64,000 bases of DNA from Chloroflexota bacterium (GTDB lineage Bacteria > Chloroflexota > Limnocylindria > Limnocylindrales > CSP1-4), in the NCBI GenBank assembly GCA_017853275.1, contig JAFMJV010000002.1, positions 36,888-100,887 of the forward strand. Direction: 5' to 3'. A program made the translations under genes and the position numbers. Below the pieces are notes generated by a model. It did no database searches. It saw only the letters and a program-made list of their open reading frames with translations, and was not told where the DNA came from. Positions 28,364 through 38,423 of this stretch are shown here, one piece after another; within the stretch, counting starts at the first letter, position 1, and every line of letters starts with the position of its first letter.

Positions 28364-30676
28364 ATGCGGATCCATCAGCCGCTGGAGATGCCCGAGGCGC
28401 TCGCGCGCGCCCTCGCCGAGCCGCGCGTCGCCCGCTCGGTCGCGCTCCATCGCGTCTTCCCGGCCCGTCCGGCGGAGACCGCCCCCTTCCCGGCCTGGCT
28501 GGACCCACGGATCGTCACGGGCCTCGGCCGGCGCGGGATCGAGAGCCTCTACGCACATCAGCGGGAAGCGCTGGACGCCGTCCACGATGGCGAGGATCTC
28601 GTCGTGGTCACGCCGACCGCATCCGGCAAGTCCCTCTGCTACCACCTCCCCGTCCTCGACGCGATCGCCCGTGACCCCGCCGCGCGAGCGCTCTACCTCT
28701 TCCCCACCAAGGCGCTCGGGCGGGACCAGCTCGCGGAGGTGCGGGAGCTCGCCACGCTCGCGGAGCTCGATCTCGCCGCGGATGTCTACGACGGGGACAC
28801 CCCGTCCCCGATCCGCCAGGTCGTCCGCTCGGCCGGACAGATCGTGATCAGCAACCCGGACATGCTCCACGCGGCGATCCTCCCCCACCACACCAAGTGG
28901 TTCGCGCTCTTCGAGCAGCTGCACACGATCGTCATCGACGAAGCGCACGTCTACCGCGGTGTCTTCGGGAGCCACGTGGCGAACGTCCTGCGGCGCCTCC
29001 TCCGGATCTGCGCGCACTACGGCTCCACGCCGCGGATCGTCCTCTGCTCCGCCACGGTGGCGAACCCGGGCGAGCTCGCGGCCACGCTCATCGGGCGGCC
29101 CGTGCGGGTCGTGGACCGGAACGGGGCACCGTCCGGGGAGCGCCACGTGGTCGTCCTCGACCCTCCGCCCACGGACCCGCGGACCGGCGCCCACCCCGGC
29201 CCGAACGGGCTGGCCCGGAGCGTCGCGCTCTCCTTCCTCCGCGCCGGCCGGCAGACGATCGTCTTCGGGCGCTCGCGGACCGCGGTGGAGCTCCTCCTCT
29301 CCGGCCTGCGCGAGGGCCTGCGCGACGGACGCGGCCCCACGGACCGGGTGCGCGGCTACCGGGGCGGCTACCTGCCCGGTGAGCGGCGCGCCGTGGAGCA
29401 GGGGTTGCGGAGCGGGGAGCTCCTCGGCGTCGTGAGCACGAACGCGCTGGAGCTGGGGATCGATATCGGCGGCCTGGACGTCTCCGTCCTCGCGGGCTAC
29501 CCGGGCACGATCGCGGCCACGCGCCAGCAGATGGGGCGGGCGGGCCGGCGCGGCACCACGAGCGTCGCCGTCCTCGTGGCCGGCGCCGGGCCCATGGACC
29601 GCTGGGTCGCGGCCCACGCGGACGATCTCCTCACCGCGACGCCCGAGGAGGCACGGCTCGACCCGGAGAACCTCCACATCCTCCTCGCGCACCTGCGGGC
29701 CGCCGCCTTCGAGCTCCCGTTCGGGCCCGGCGAGCGGTTCGGGGCCGCCGCGGCGGACGACCTGCTCGCCTTCCTCGCCGAGGAGGGGCAGGTCCGGCGC
29801 GCGGACGACGGCCGCTGGTACTGGTCGAGCGAGAGCTTCCCGGCCTCCGAGGTGAGCCTGCGGGTCGCCGCTCCGGAGAACGTCCTGATCATCGACACGA
29901 GCGGCGAGCGGCCGCGGGTGATCGGCGAGATCGACCTCTTCTCCGCCCAGACGCAGGTCCACGAGGATGCGATCTACCTCCACGAGACGCGCCAGCACCA
30001 CGTGGACCGCCTCGACTGGGAGGAACGCAAGGCGTATGTGCGGCCGGTCGATGTGGACCACTACACCCAGGCGGAGCTGGCGGTCACGCTGAAGCCCCTG
30101 GAGGCATTCGCCGAAGCGCCGATCGGCGGGGCACGGCGGACCCACGGTGAGGTGATGGTCGCCACGCTCGCCACGATCTACAAGAAGCTGAAGCTGGACA
30201 CCCACGAGAACCTCGGATGGGGACGGATCCACCTGCCGGAGATCGAGCTCCACACGACGGCCTGGTGGCTCACCCTGGACGCGGCTGCGGACGGGTGGCG
30301 CCGGGACGAGCTCGATGTCGCGCTCGTCGGCGCGGGTCGCGCGCTCCAGACGGTGGCGAGCATCCTGCTGATGAGCGACCCGCATGACCTCGGGATGGCA
30401 GCGCAGGTCCGCTCCCCGCACGCCGAACGCCCCGTCATCTACCTCTGGGAGGCGGTGCCGGCTGGGGTCGGGTTGGCTCCGCGCCTCTTCGACCGGACCG
30501 ATGAGCTCCTCCGGGGCGCCCTCGACCTCGTGGCGGGCTGCCGTTGCGAGATCGGCTGCCCGGCCTGCGTCGGACCGGCGGGTGAGACGGGCGCGATCGC
30601 CGGAAGGGATGCGCGGGCGCTCGCCGCGCGCCTCCTGGGCAGCGTCGGCGACCGCGCGGCGGATGTCGCTGCCTGA
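28364..30676 (+). CDS. MrfA/YprA-like DEAD/DEAH-box helicase with C-terminal DUF1998 four-Cys domain
   Basis: Motifs are LVVVTPTASGKSLCY (Walker A) and IVIDEAHVYRGVFGSHVANVLRRL. Helicase-C motifs include LAGYPGTIAATRQQMGRAGRRG. The C-terminal end reads CRCEIGCPACVGP. Start MRIHQPLEM has a GGGGAGGA RBS. Confidence 0.8.
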   Translation: MRIHQPLEMPEALARALAEPRVARSVALHRVFPARPAETAPFPAWLDPRIVTGLGRRGIESLYAHQREALDAVHDGEDLVVVTPTASGKSLCYHLPVLDAIARDPAARALYLFPTKALGRDQLAEVRELATLAELDLAADVYDGDTPSPIRQVVRSAGQIVISNPDMLHAAILPHHTKWFALFEQLHTIVIDEAHVYRGVFGSHVANVLRRLLRICAHYGSTPRIVLCSATVANPGELAATLIGRPVRVVDRNGAPSGERHVVVLDPPPTDPRTGAHPGPNGLARSVALSFLRAGRQTIVFGRSRTAVELLLSGLREGLRDGRGPTDRVRGYRGGYLPGERRAVEQGLRSGELLGVVSTNALELGIDIGGLDVSVLAGYPGTIAATRQQMGRAGRRGTTSVAVLVAGAGPMDRWVAAHADDLLTATPEEARLDPENLHILLAHLRAAAFELPFGPGERFGAAAADDLLAFLAEEGQVRRADDGRWYWSSESFPASEVSLRVAAPENVLIIDTSGERPRVIGEIDLFSAQTQVHEDAIYLHETRQHHVDRLDWEERKAYVRPVDVDHYTQAELAVTLKPLEAFAEAPIGGARRTHGEVMVATLATIYKKLKLDTHENLGWGRIHLPEIELHTTAWWLTLDAAADGWRRDELDVALVGAGRALQTVASILLMSDPHDLGMAAQVRSPHAERPVIYLWEAVPAGVGLAPRLFDRTDELLRGALDLVAGCRCEIGCPACVGPAGETGAIAGRDARALAARLLGSVGDRAADVAA

Positions 30677-32036
30677 GCGGGAGCCGGTGGAGGCACGCCC
30701 CGGCGGCGCGGAGGCGCGTCTCCGACGGGGTCTTGACCGCCTGCGCGCCGATCCGACACGCCTTGCGGCACCCGCCGGTGGGACGACACGCAGACGCGCA
30801 GAGCGGCTCGCCGAGCGGCTCGGAGGCGTCCTCGTGGGGGACCCGGGAGCGCCGGCCGTCCTCGTGGAGACCGAGGTCATCCTCCCCCTCCCCCGCGACC
30901 CGCTCGCCCGCCTCCCTGTCCCGGTCGATCCCGGCGCTCCCCTCCTCTGCCTGGATACGGAGACGACCGGGCTCGGAACCGGCGCGGGGACGGTCCCCTT
31001 CCTCGTGGGGACGGGGAGCTGGGCCGGAGACCGCTTCCGGGTCCGCCAGCTCCTCCTCCCCGATCATCCGGCCGAGCCCGCCCTCCTCGACCGGCTCGGC
31101 GAAGAGCTCGCCGGCGCGGGGACCCTCGTGACCTACAACGGCCGGAGCTTCGACTGGCCCCTCCTCGTCGCCCGCCACCGGCTCCACGGCCGCGCGGCCG
31201 CCGAGCCGCCGGGCCACCTCGACCTCCTGCCCTTCGCACGCCAGGTCTGGCGCCACCGCCTACCGGATGCGCGCCTCGGGACCGTGGAGGCGGGCATCGC
31301 GGGCGTCCGGCGCACGGATGACCTTCCCGGCGCGCTCGTCCCGGAGCGCTGGCTCACCTGGCTCCGGGAGGAGGATGCGGACGGCCTCGTGGATGTCCTC
31401 CGCCACAACCGGCAGGACATCGTCTCGCTCGCCCTGCTCCTCCGGGTCGTCGCCTCGGAGCTCCTCCCCGCGGCCCTCGACGGGCTCCCGCCGACGGCGG
31501 CACCGGTCGCACCGGGGGACCTCGCGGGGATCGCGAGCCTCTATGCGCGGCGCGCCCGGACGGAGGACGCGCTCGCTGCGGCGGATGCCGCCTGCGAGCG
31601 GATCGGGGTCCATGACCGCGGCGAGGTCGCCACCCGGGTCGCGATCCTCCGGGCCCGGCTCCTGGGGCGCGCGGGCCGCCAGGCGGAAGCGGCCGGCGCC
31701 TGGGAGGCGATCGCTCTGGACGGCGGCCCCGGTGCCGCGCTCGCCTGGATCCAGGTCGCCAAGGACCGCGAGCACCGTCTCCGGGATGCGGCGGACGCCC
31801 TCCGCGCTGCCCGGCGCGCCGCTGCGCTCGCGGACCGCAGCGCATTCGCGGGCCGGCGTGACCGGATCGTGGAGCGGGACCTCGCGCGCCGCCTCCCCCG
31901 CCTCCTCGGCCTCGTCCGGCGCGATGAGCTCCGCGCCGGCGGGACGGATCAGATCGCGCGGAGCGATCCGGCCGGGGCCGCGGCGATCCGCTCGAGGACG
32001 CCCAGGGTGCGGTCGACCTCCTCCTCCGTGTTGTAG
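30663..32036 (+). CDS. MrfB/YprB-like RNase-H-fold 3'-5' exonuclease with C-terminal helical repeats
   Basis: Exo I motif LCLDTETTGLG, plus VTYNGRSFDWPLL and HNRQDIVSLALL. The ATG at 30663 overlaps the preceding helicase by 14 nt in the +1 frame. The 3' end overlaps convergent CDS 31949..33213 by 88 nt, so the true stop is uncertain. Confidence 0.65.
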   Translation: MSLPEREPVEARPGGAEARLRRGLDRLRADPTRLAAPAGGTTRRRAERLAERLGGVLVGDPGAPAVLVETEVILPLPRDPLARLPVPVDPGAPLLCLDTETTGLGTGAGTVPFLVGTGSWAGDRFRVRQLLLPDHPAEPALLDRLGEELAGAGTLVTYNGRSFDWPLLVARHRLHGRAAAEPPGHLDLLPFARQVWRHRLPDARLGTVEAGIAGVRRTDDLPGALVPERWLTWLREEDADGLVDVLRHNRQDIVSLALLLRVVASELLPAALDGLPPTAAPVAPGDLAGIASLYARRARTEDALAAADAACERIGVHDRGEVATRVAILRARLLGRAGRQAEAAGAWEAIALDGGPGAALAWIQVAKDREHRLRDAADALRAARRAAALADRSAFAGRRDRIVERDLARRLPRLLGLVRRDELRAGGTDQIARSDPAGAAAIRSRTPRVRSTSSSVL

Positions 32037-33213
32037 TGGACGAGGCCGAGCCGGATCAGCCCTCCCGACTCCGCCAGTCCGATCCGCTCCACGAGACCGG
32101 TCGCGTAGAAGTCGCCATCCCAGGCGGCGATCCCCTCCGCCGCGAGCGCGGTCGTCACCGCCCGCGGGTGATGGCCCGCGATCGTGATCCCGAAGGTGGG
32201 CGTGCGCTCGGCCATCCGGTCCGGGTCGGTGATCCCGTGGACCCGGACGCCCCGGATCGCACGCAGTCCGGCGAGCAGCCGCCCCCCGACCGCGGCCTCA
32301 CGCGCCACGATCGCCTCCATCGACGCCACGACCGCCGCCCTGCGGGCGTCCGGCTCGGGGGTCCGTCCCGCCGAGATCGCCGCGAGGTAGTCGACCGCCG
32401 CTGCGGTCCCCGCGAGCAGCTCGAAGGCCGGCGTCCCCGTCTCGAACCGGTCGTGCGCGGGACGCACCTTGTAGGCGGGGAGCTCGGCAAGGATCTCGGG
32501 TCTGCCCCACAGCGCGCCGAGGTGCGGGCCGAACCACTTGTAGGCCGATGAGACGAGGAAGTCGCAGCCGAGCGCTCTGACGTCCACCGGGCCATGGGGT
32601 GCGTAGTGGACCGCGTCGACCCAGGTGAGCGCTCCCGCCGCCCGGGCACGGCGGATGATCTCCGCCACCGGGTTGACCGTTCCCACCGCGTTGCTCGCAT
32701 AGCCCACGGCCACGAGCCGCGTCCGCGGACCGAGGAGCCCGTCCAGGGCGTCGAGATCGAGGGTCAGGTCATCCAGCCGGACGGGGATCGCGCGGACGAC
32801 GAGCCCGCGGTCGGCGGCTGCCAGGCGCCACGGCGAGACGTTCGCCTCGTGGTCGAGCTCCGTGACCACGATCTCGTCGCCGGGGGAGAAGGTGGCGACG
32901 AGCGAGCGGGAGAGGGCGAAGGTGAGCGAGGTCATGTTCGCACCCACCTTCACCCCGGCGGGATCCGTGGCCCCATAGAGGTCGGCGATCGCCGCGTGCG
33001 AGGTCCGGGCCAGGGCCGAGATCGCCTGGCTCGCCCCGAACGCCCCGCCATCGTTCGCGTTCATCTCGCGGTAGACGTGGGCCACCGCCTCGATCACGCT
33101 CTCCGGGACCTGGGTCCCACCCGGTCCGTCGAGCAGGACGACCGGCAGGCCTCCCTCCCGGCGCGAGAGCGCAGGAAAGCGGCGCCGCAGCCCGGCCCAG
33201 TCGATCGTCGTCA
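31949..33213 (-). CDS. Class-V aminotransferase / cysteine desulfurase-like PLP enzyme
   Basis: Motifs are DGPGGTQVPESVIEAV, DFLVSSAYKWFGPHLGALWG (PLP-lysine region) and HYNTEEEVDRT. Start at MTTIDWAGL. Confidence 0.75.
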
Positions 33214-33378
33214 TCCCTGCGGCCATCCGCTCTGCCACGACTCCTCCCGTCCGCCACCGCGGCGACACCCGGCCGCGTCTCGCGTCATCCTACGGGCTGA
33301 GCGACCCGCCACCCGGCCGGCGAAGCCGACGGGGTCCGGGACCCACGGTCGGCACGACCGCGACAGGAGCCCCCAACG

Positions 33379-34377
33379 ATGCACCTCGCCCTCCTCGGCG
33401 CCGGACGGATCGGCGCCGCGCACGCCCGCGTCCTCGCGGACGATCCCCGCGTCACCCGCCTGACGGTGGCGGACGTGGACGCGGCACGGGCCGTCACGGT
33501 GGCCGCGGAGGTCGGCGCACATCCCTCCGGAGACCCGGAGGCGGCGATCCGGCAGGCGGATGCGGTCGTCATCGCCACCTCCACCACGACCCATCCGGAG
33601 ATGATCCGCGCGGCGATGGCAGCCGGGGTGCCGGCGTTCTGCGAGAAGCCGCTCGCGGGTGACCTCGAGGCGGCGATCGGGCTCGCTCGCGAGGTGGAGA
33701 CGGCCGGGGCGGTCCTGCAGCTCGGCTTCCAGCGCCGCTTCGATGCGGGCTACCGCGAAGCGCGCCGGATGATCCGCGCCGGCGAGGTGGGGACGATCTA
33801 CATGGCGCGACTCGCGGGCCACGACCCGGCGCCCCCGGCCGAGGCCTACATCCCGCTCTCCGGCGGGCTCTTCAACGACTTCACCGTCCACGACTTCGAC
33901 ATCCTCCGTTGGCTCCTGGACGACGAGGCGGAGGAGATCTGGGCGATCGGCGCCGTGCGCGGCTTCCCGATGTTCGCCCGCTATGGGGACGTGGACACGG
34001 CGCTGGCGACGATCCGGATGCGCTCGGGGATCCTCGTCGCCCTGGACGCGACCCGGGACGACCCCCGTGGCTATGACATCCGCGCCGAGATCTTCGGCTC
34101 GAAGGAGAGCATCTCGGTGGGCCTCGGACCGCGGACGCCGATCCGCTCCGTGGAGCCGGGTGTGCCGGCCCCGACGGAGCCCGGCTGGCCGGGCTTCTAC
34201 CCGCGCTTCCGGGATGCCTACGAGGAGGAGCTGCGCGGCTTCGTCACCCTCGTCACGGAGGGTGGACCCTCGCCCTGCACTGCCCGGGATGCCGTGGAGG
34301 CGATGCGCATCGCGGCCGCCGGGAACCTCTCGCTCGCGGAGCACCGCCCCGTCCGCCTGGACGAGATCCCCGCCTGA
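33379..34377 (+). CDS. Gfo/Idh/MocA-family NAD(P)-dependent oxidoreductase (inositol 2-dehydrogenase-like)
   Basis: N-terminal Rossmann motif MHLALLGAGRIGAAHARVL, then FCEKPLA and a C-terminal alpha/beta dimerisation domain. Confidence 0.8.
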   Translation: MHLALLGAGRIGAAHARVLADDPRVTRLTVADVDAARAVTVAAEVGAHPSGDPEAAIRQADAVVIATSTTTHPEMIRAAMAAGVPAFCEKPLAGDLEAAIGLAREVETAGAVLQLGFQRRFDAGYREARRMIRAGEVGTIYMARLAGHDPAPPAEAYIPLSGGLFNDFTVHDFDILRWLLDDEAEEIWAIGAVRGFPMFARYGDVDTALATIRMRSGILVALDATRDDPRGYDIRAEIFGSKESISVGLGPRTPIRSVEPGVPAPTEPGWPGFYPRFRDAYEEELRGFVTLVTEGGPSPCTARDAVEAMRIAAAGNLSLAEHRPVRLDEIPA

Positions 34378-34475
34378 GGAAGGGCCCGGACGCGATCGTG
34401 CGCCCGGGCCGGGGGAAAAGGAAGAGCGGCCGCCGGATCGCTCCGGCGGCCGCTCTTCGTCGCGTCGGACGACGG

Positions 34476-35459
34476 TCAGTCGTTCTCGGCGTCGTTGTCC
34501 GGGTTCGAGTCGAAGTCGACCGCGTTGGACAGGTCGACGAGGACGGTGCCGGTATCGATGACCGGCGGGAGCTCCTCGCCATTGATGAGGCGGACGAGGC
34601 TCTCGATGCCGAACTTGCCCATGTTGTACGGGGCCTGGGCGATCGTCGCCTCGAGCTCGCCCGTCAGGACCGCGTCCGCGGCGTTCGGGTTCGCGTCGTA
34701 GCCGACGACGGTGATCTGGTCGAGCAGACCGGCGGCCTTGATCGCCTCGAGGGCGCCGAGGGCCATGTTGTCATTGCTCGCGAAGATGCCGTCCAGGTCC
34801 GGGTAGCCGGAGAGGATGTCCTCGGCGACGGTGAGCGCCTTGGCGGTATCCCAGTCGGCGGGGAGCTCCGCGACGATCTCGAGCGCGCAGGCAGCGAGGC
34901 CCTCGGCGGCACCCGTGGCGCGGGCCTGGCCCGTGCTCTGGGTGATGATCCCCTGGAGGATCGCGACCTGCTCGCCATCATCGAGCGCGTCGCACAGGTA
35001 CTGGGCCGCGAGCGCCGCGCCGGCCACGTTGTCCGTCCCGATGAAGGTGACGCCCTCGTTCGAGCCCATCGTGTCGACGAAGACGACCTTCACGCCGGCG
35101 GCGAGCGCCTCGTCCACGACGGGAGCGAGCGCGGCGGGGTCGGTCGGCGCGAGCGCGATGCCCGCGACGCCCTGGGCGATCGCGTCCTCGATCTGGGCGA
35201 TCTGGGAGGCGACGTCCGACTCGGCGGGCGGCGACATGACCGAGACGTCGAGGCCGAGGGCCGCGGCGGTCTCGAGGGCGCCCTTCTCGACGGCGGCCCA
35301 GAACGGGTTCCCCGCGCCGGGGCCCTTCATGTCGAGGATGAGCTTCTTTCCGGCGGCATCGCCGACCTCGACCGTGTCCTGCGCGAAGGCGGGGACCACG
35401 GCGGTGACGGCGAGAAGCGCGGTGGCCGCGAGGGCGGCCGTGCGAGTGCGGTTCATCAC
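34476..35459 (-). CDS. Sugar ABC transporter periplasmic binding protein (RbsB-like, CUT2)
   Basis: Signal peptide MMNRTRTAALAATALLAVTAVVPAFA. Periplasmic-binding-protein type I fold with VKVVFVDT, FIGTDNVAGAALAAQYL and VGYDANPNAADAV. Confidence 0.8.
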   Translation of the reverse strand: MMNRTRTAALAATALLAVTAVVPAFAQDTVEVGDAAGKKLILDMKGPGAGNPFWAAVEKGALETAAALGLDVSVMSPPAESDVASQIAQIEDAIAQGVAGIALAPTDPAALAPVVDEALAAGVKVVFVDTMGSNEGVTFIGTDNVAGAALAAQYLCDALDDGEQVAILQGIITQSTGQARATGAAEGLAACALEIVAELPADWDTAKALTVAEDILSGYPDLDGIFASNDNMALGALEAIKAAGLLDQITVVGYDANPNAADAVLTGELEATIAQAPYNMGKFGIESLVRLINGEELPPVIDTGTVLVDLSNAVDFDSNPDNDAEND

Positions 35460-35535
35460 TCCTCCGATCCTTCCCCGGGACTGGCCCCGGGGCTGCGCGC
35501 CATCCTAGCGCGACTCCCCCCGGAACGTGAAGGGG

Positions 35536-36594
35536 TCAGGACGCCGTGGAGAGCCGGCGGCGGAGGACGTCGAAGGCGACGACCGCGATGATGATCACGC
35601 CGATGAGCACCTGCTGCCAGAAGGGCTGGACGTTGTTCAGGTTCAGCAGGTTGCGCAGCAGGCCGAGGACGAGGACGCCGGCGAAGACGCCGAGGACGGT
35701 CCCCCGGCCCCCGAAGAAGCTCGCCCCGCCGATGATCACGGCGGCGATCGCGTAGAGCTCGTCCCCCATCCCGGCGTTCGGGAAGCCGGAGCCGGTCCGC
35801 CCGAGGACGATGAGGCCCGCGAACCCGGCGAAGAGCCCGCACAGGACGTAGCAGACGATGAGGACCCGGTCCACGTTCACGCCGCTGACCCGGGCCGCCT
35901 GGGGGTTGCCGCCGATCGCGAAGACGTGCCGTCCGGTCCGCGTGTACATGAGGAAGGCCCACACCGCGACGTAGGCGGCGATGACGACGATCAGGGAGAC
36001 CGGGATCTCGAACCCGAGGATGGGGATGTTCCCCGCTCCGATGAAGCGGACCCCGTCCGGGATCCCGGTGATCGGGACGCCGCCGGAGATGATGTTCGCC
36101 ACGCCCCGGGCGATGAACATCATCCCCAGGGTCATGATGAAGGGGTGGGGCATCTGGAGCTTGGTCAGGCCGATCCCGTTCACCCAGCCCGCGAAGGCAC
36201 CCACGACGAGGGGCGCCGCGATGAGGATGAGGATCGGGAGGAGCCCCGGGTCCGCGCCGCCCGCCGGGATGAGGATCGGCGTGAGAACGGCCGAGGCCAT
36301 CATCCCGAGGCACAGGACGGAGCCCACGGAGAGGTCGATCCCCGCGGTCACGATGACGATGTACTGCCCGATCGCGAGCAGGAAGTAGAAGCTGTTCTGG
36401 CGGAAGATGTTGACCAGGTTCCGCTCGGAGAGGAAGACGTCCGGCTGGGCCGCGAACGAGACGAGCGCCATGACGAGGACGAGGAGCAGGACTCCGTAGC
36501 GGTCGAAGAGCCCGGCAAGCCGGACCGCCGTGCGCGGCGGACGGAGATCCGCGGGGGACTCGAGGGTGTGGGGCGCCTCGCCGGCCTGGCTCAT
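35536..36594 (-). CDS. Sugar ABC transporter permease (RbsC-like)
   Basis: About 10 TM segments. Motifs are GIDLSVGSVL and AIGGNPQAARVSGVNVDR. Confidence 0.85.
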   Translation of the reverse strand: MSQAGEAPHTLESPADLRPPRTAVRLAGLFDRYGVLLLVLVMALVSFAAQPDVFLSERNLVNIFRQNSFYFLLAIGQYIVIVTAGIDLSVGSVLCLGMMASAVLTPILIPAGGADPGLLPILILIAAPLVVGAFAGWVNGIGLTKLQMPHPFIMTLGMMFIARGVANIISGGVPITGIPDGVRFIGAGNIPILGFEIPVSLIVVIAAYVAVWAFLMYTRTGRHVFAIGGNPQAARVSGVNVDRVLIVCYVLCGLFAGFAGLIVLGRTGSGFPNAGMGDELYAIAAVIIGGASFFGGRGTVLGVFAGVLVLGLLRNLLNLNNVQPFWQQVLIGVIIIAVVAFDVLRRRLSTAS

Positions 36595-36604
36595 CGGTCG
36601 CCTC

Positions 36605-37378
36605 CTAGTTCAGGTCGTGGCCGGCCGGGACATCCTGCCCCGAACGGTTCCCCATGATCCAGCCGATCACCTCGTTGCGGTCCACCTGCTCGAGCGGGGC
36701 CTCCGCGAAGTTCCGGCCGTGGAAGAGCGCCATCACCCGGTCGCAGACGTAGAAGACGTCGTCCAGGCGGTGGCTGATGAGGATGACCGCGATCCCGTGG
36801 TCCTTGAGGTCGCGGATGAGGTCCAGGACCTTCCGGACCTCCTTCACCGCCAGCGCGGCGGTGGGCTCGTCCATGATCACGACCTTCGCGTCGAAGGCGG
36901 TGGCCCGGGCGATCGCCACGGCCTGGCGCTGGCCGCCGGAGAGCTCCTCCACCCGCTGGGTGGCGCTCTTCACGTGGATCCGGAGCTTCTCCAGGTGCTC
37001 CTTCGCGCGGCGCAGGTTGGCGGCGTGGTCGACGACACCGAACGGGCCGATCCTCCGGAGCGTCTCCCGGCCGAGGAAGATGTTCTCGTCGATGCGCATG
37101 TTCCCGGCGAGCGCGAGGTCCTGGTAGACCATCTCGATGCCCAGGTCCCGGGCCTCGCGGGGGCTCGAGTAGCGGACCTCGCGTCCCTCCACGAGGAGCG
37201 TCCCGTCGCTCGGCGGGTAGAGCCCGGCAAGGATCTTCATCAGGGTGCTCTTCCCGGCGCCGTTGTCGCCCACCACGCCGAGCACCTCGCCCGGCGCGAG
37301 CCGCAGGTCGACCGAGCTGAGGGCGACGACCTGCCCGAACCGCTTGGAGATCCCCCGCGCCTCGATGACCGGATCCAT
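36605..37378 (-). CDS. ABC transporter ATP-binding protein, single nucleotide-binding domain
   Basis: Walker A is GDNGAGKST. Signature is LSGGQRQAVAIARA. Walker B is VVIMDEPTAAL. H-loop is ILISHRL. Start at MDPVIEARGISKRF. Only about 257 aa, whereas RbsA-type ATPases are usually duplicated. Confidence 0.85.
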   Translation of the reverse strand: MDPVIEARGISKRFGQVVALSSVDLRLAPGEVLGVVGDNGAGKSTLMKILAGLYPPSDGTLLVEGREVRYSSPREARDLGIEMVYQDLALAGNMRIDENIFLGRETLRRIGPFGVVDHAANLRRAKEHLEKLRIHVKSATQRVEELSGGQRQAVAIARATAFDAKVVIMDEPTAALAVKEVRKVLDLIRDLKDHGIAVILISHRLDDVFYVCDRVMALFHGRNFAEAPLEQVDRNEVIGWIMGNRSGQDVPAGHDLN

Positions 37379-37468
37379 CCCACCCTCCAGCGTGGTCCGC
37401 CCGCGATGCGGGGCGACCGCTCCGGCGGGAGGATACACCTCACCGCGCGGGCCGGAGCCCCGGGGAGG

Positions 37469-38386
37469 TCAGGGGCGGCCGCCGGAGCGGAGGAGCCGGT
37501 CCCGGGCGCGGATCGCGGCACCGGTCGGGGCGGCCTCCAGCCCCGCCGCTTCGACCACGAGGGAGGAGGCGAGCGCTCCGAGCCGCAGATCGCGACCCGT
37601 ATCCACCTCCCGGGCCGCAGCCACACGGGCAGCCAAGACGCCCGCGAGCATCGTGTCGCCCGCGCCGGTCGCGTCGAGCTCCGCGTGGATCGGCAGACCG
37701 GGCCAGCGGCGCCCGCCGGCGATCCGGCCATGCCGGAAGCGGAGGAGGAGGCCGCCGAGCGGACCGGCGGTGAGGAGGAGATCGCAGGGGGATCCGAGCC
37801 AGCGGCCGACGTCGGGGATCGGGAGGCCGTGGGGCAGGTCGTGACGGCTGACCCCGACGAGATCGGCGCGGGTGAGGAGCGGCGAGGGACCCGGATCGAG
37901 CGGCCAGACGCGTTCGCCGGAGAAGAGATGCCGGAGGATCCCCTGCCATCCGAAGGCCACGATCGCCCGCGCGCTGGGGACCTCCGCCCAGGCATCCGGG
38001 ACCTCGTTCGCGACCGGCGCGAGGAGCCATGCCGGTGCGCGGCGCCAGGCGGCGGGGAGCGCGTCCACCGGGACCGGATCGCTCGTGGAGAGACAGGTCT
38101 GGACGCGCCCGGTGGGCCGCTCCTCGTTGTGGAAGACCGGCCCGTGATCGAGGGGGACGCGGATCACCTCCGCGCCCGCTGCCTCGAGAAGCCCGATCTC
38201 GTGCGCGTCGCGCGCCTCGGGATCCAGCCCGAGGATGACCCCCGTGCGCACGCCCATCCTCGCGAGCGCGAAGGCCCCGTAGGTGACGCCGCCACCGAGA
38301 CGCCAGCCGCGCGGGTCGTCCGTGGTGATGTCGCGCGCGGCTCCGCCGACGACGACGACCTCCGGCATCGGCTCGCGCCCGCTCAT
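37469..38386 (-). CDS. PfkB-family carbohydrate kinase (ribokinase-like)
   Basis: N-terminus reads PEVVVVGGAARDITTD. The C-terminal end has DATGAGDTMLAGVLAARVAAA. Start could instead be at MPEVV (38367). Confidence 0.7.
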   Translation of the reverse strand: MSGREPMPEVVVVGGAARDITTDDPRGWRLGGGVTYGAFALARMGVRTGVILGLDPEARDAHEIGLLEAAGAEVIRVPLDHGPVFHNEERPTGRVQTCLSTSDPVPVDALPAAWRRAPAWLLAPVANEVPDAWAEVPSARAIVAFGWQGILRHLFSGERVWPLDPGPSPLLTRADLVGVSRHDLPHGLPIPDVGRWLGSPCDLLLTAGPLGGLLLRFRHGRIAGGRRWPGLPIHAELDATGAGDTMLAGVLAARVAAAREVDTGRDLRLGALASSLVVEAAGLEAAPTGAAIRARDRLLRSGGRP

Positions 38387-38423
38387 CCGCTCACCCTCCC
38401 GCCCGGCCCGATAGACTCGTCCC

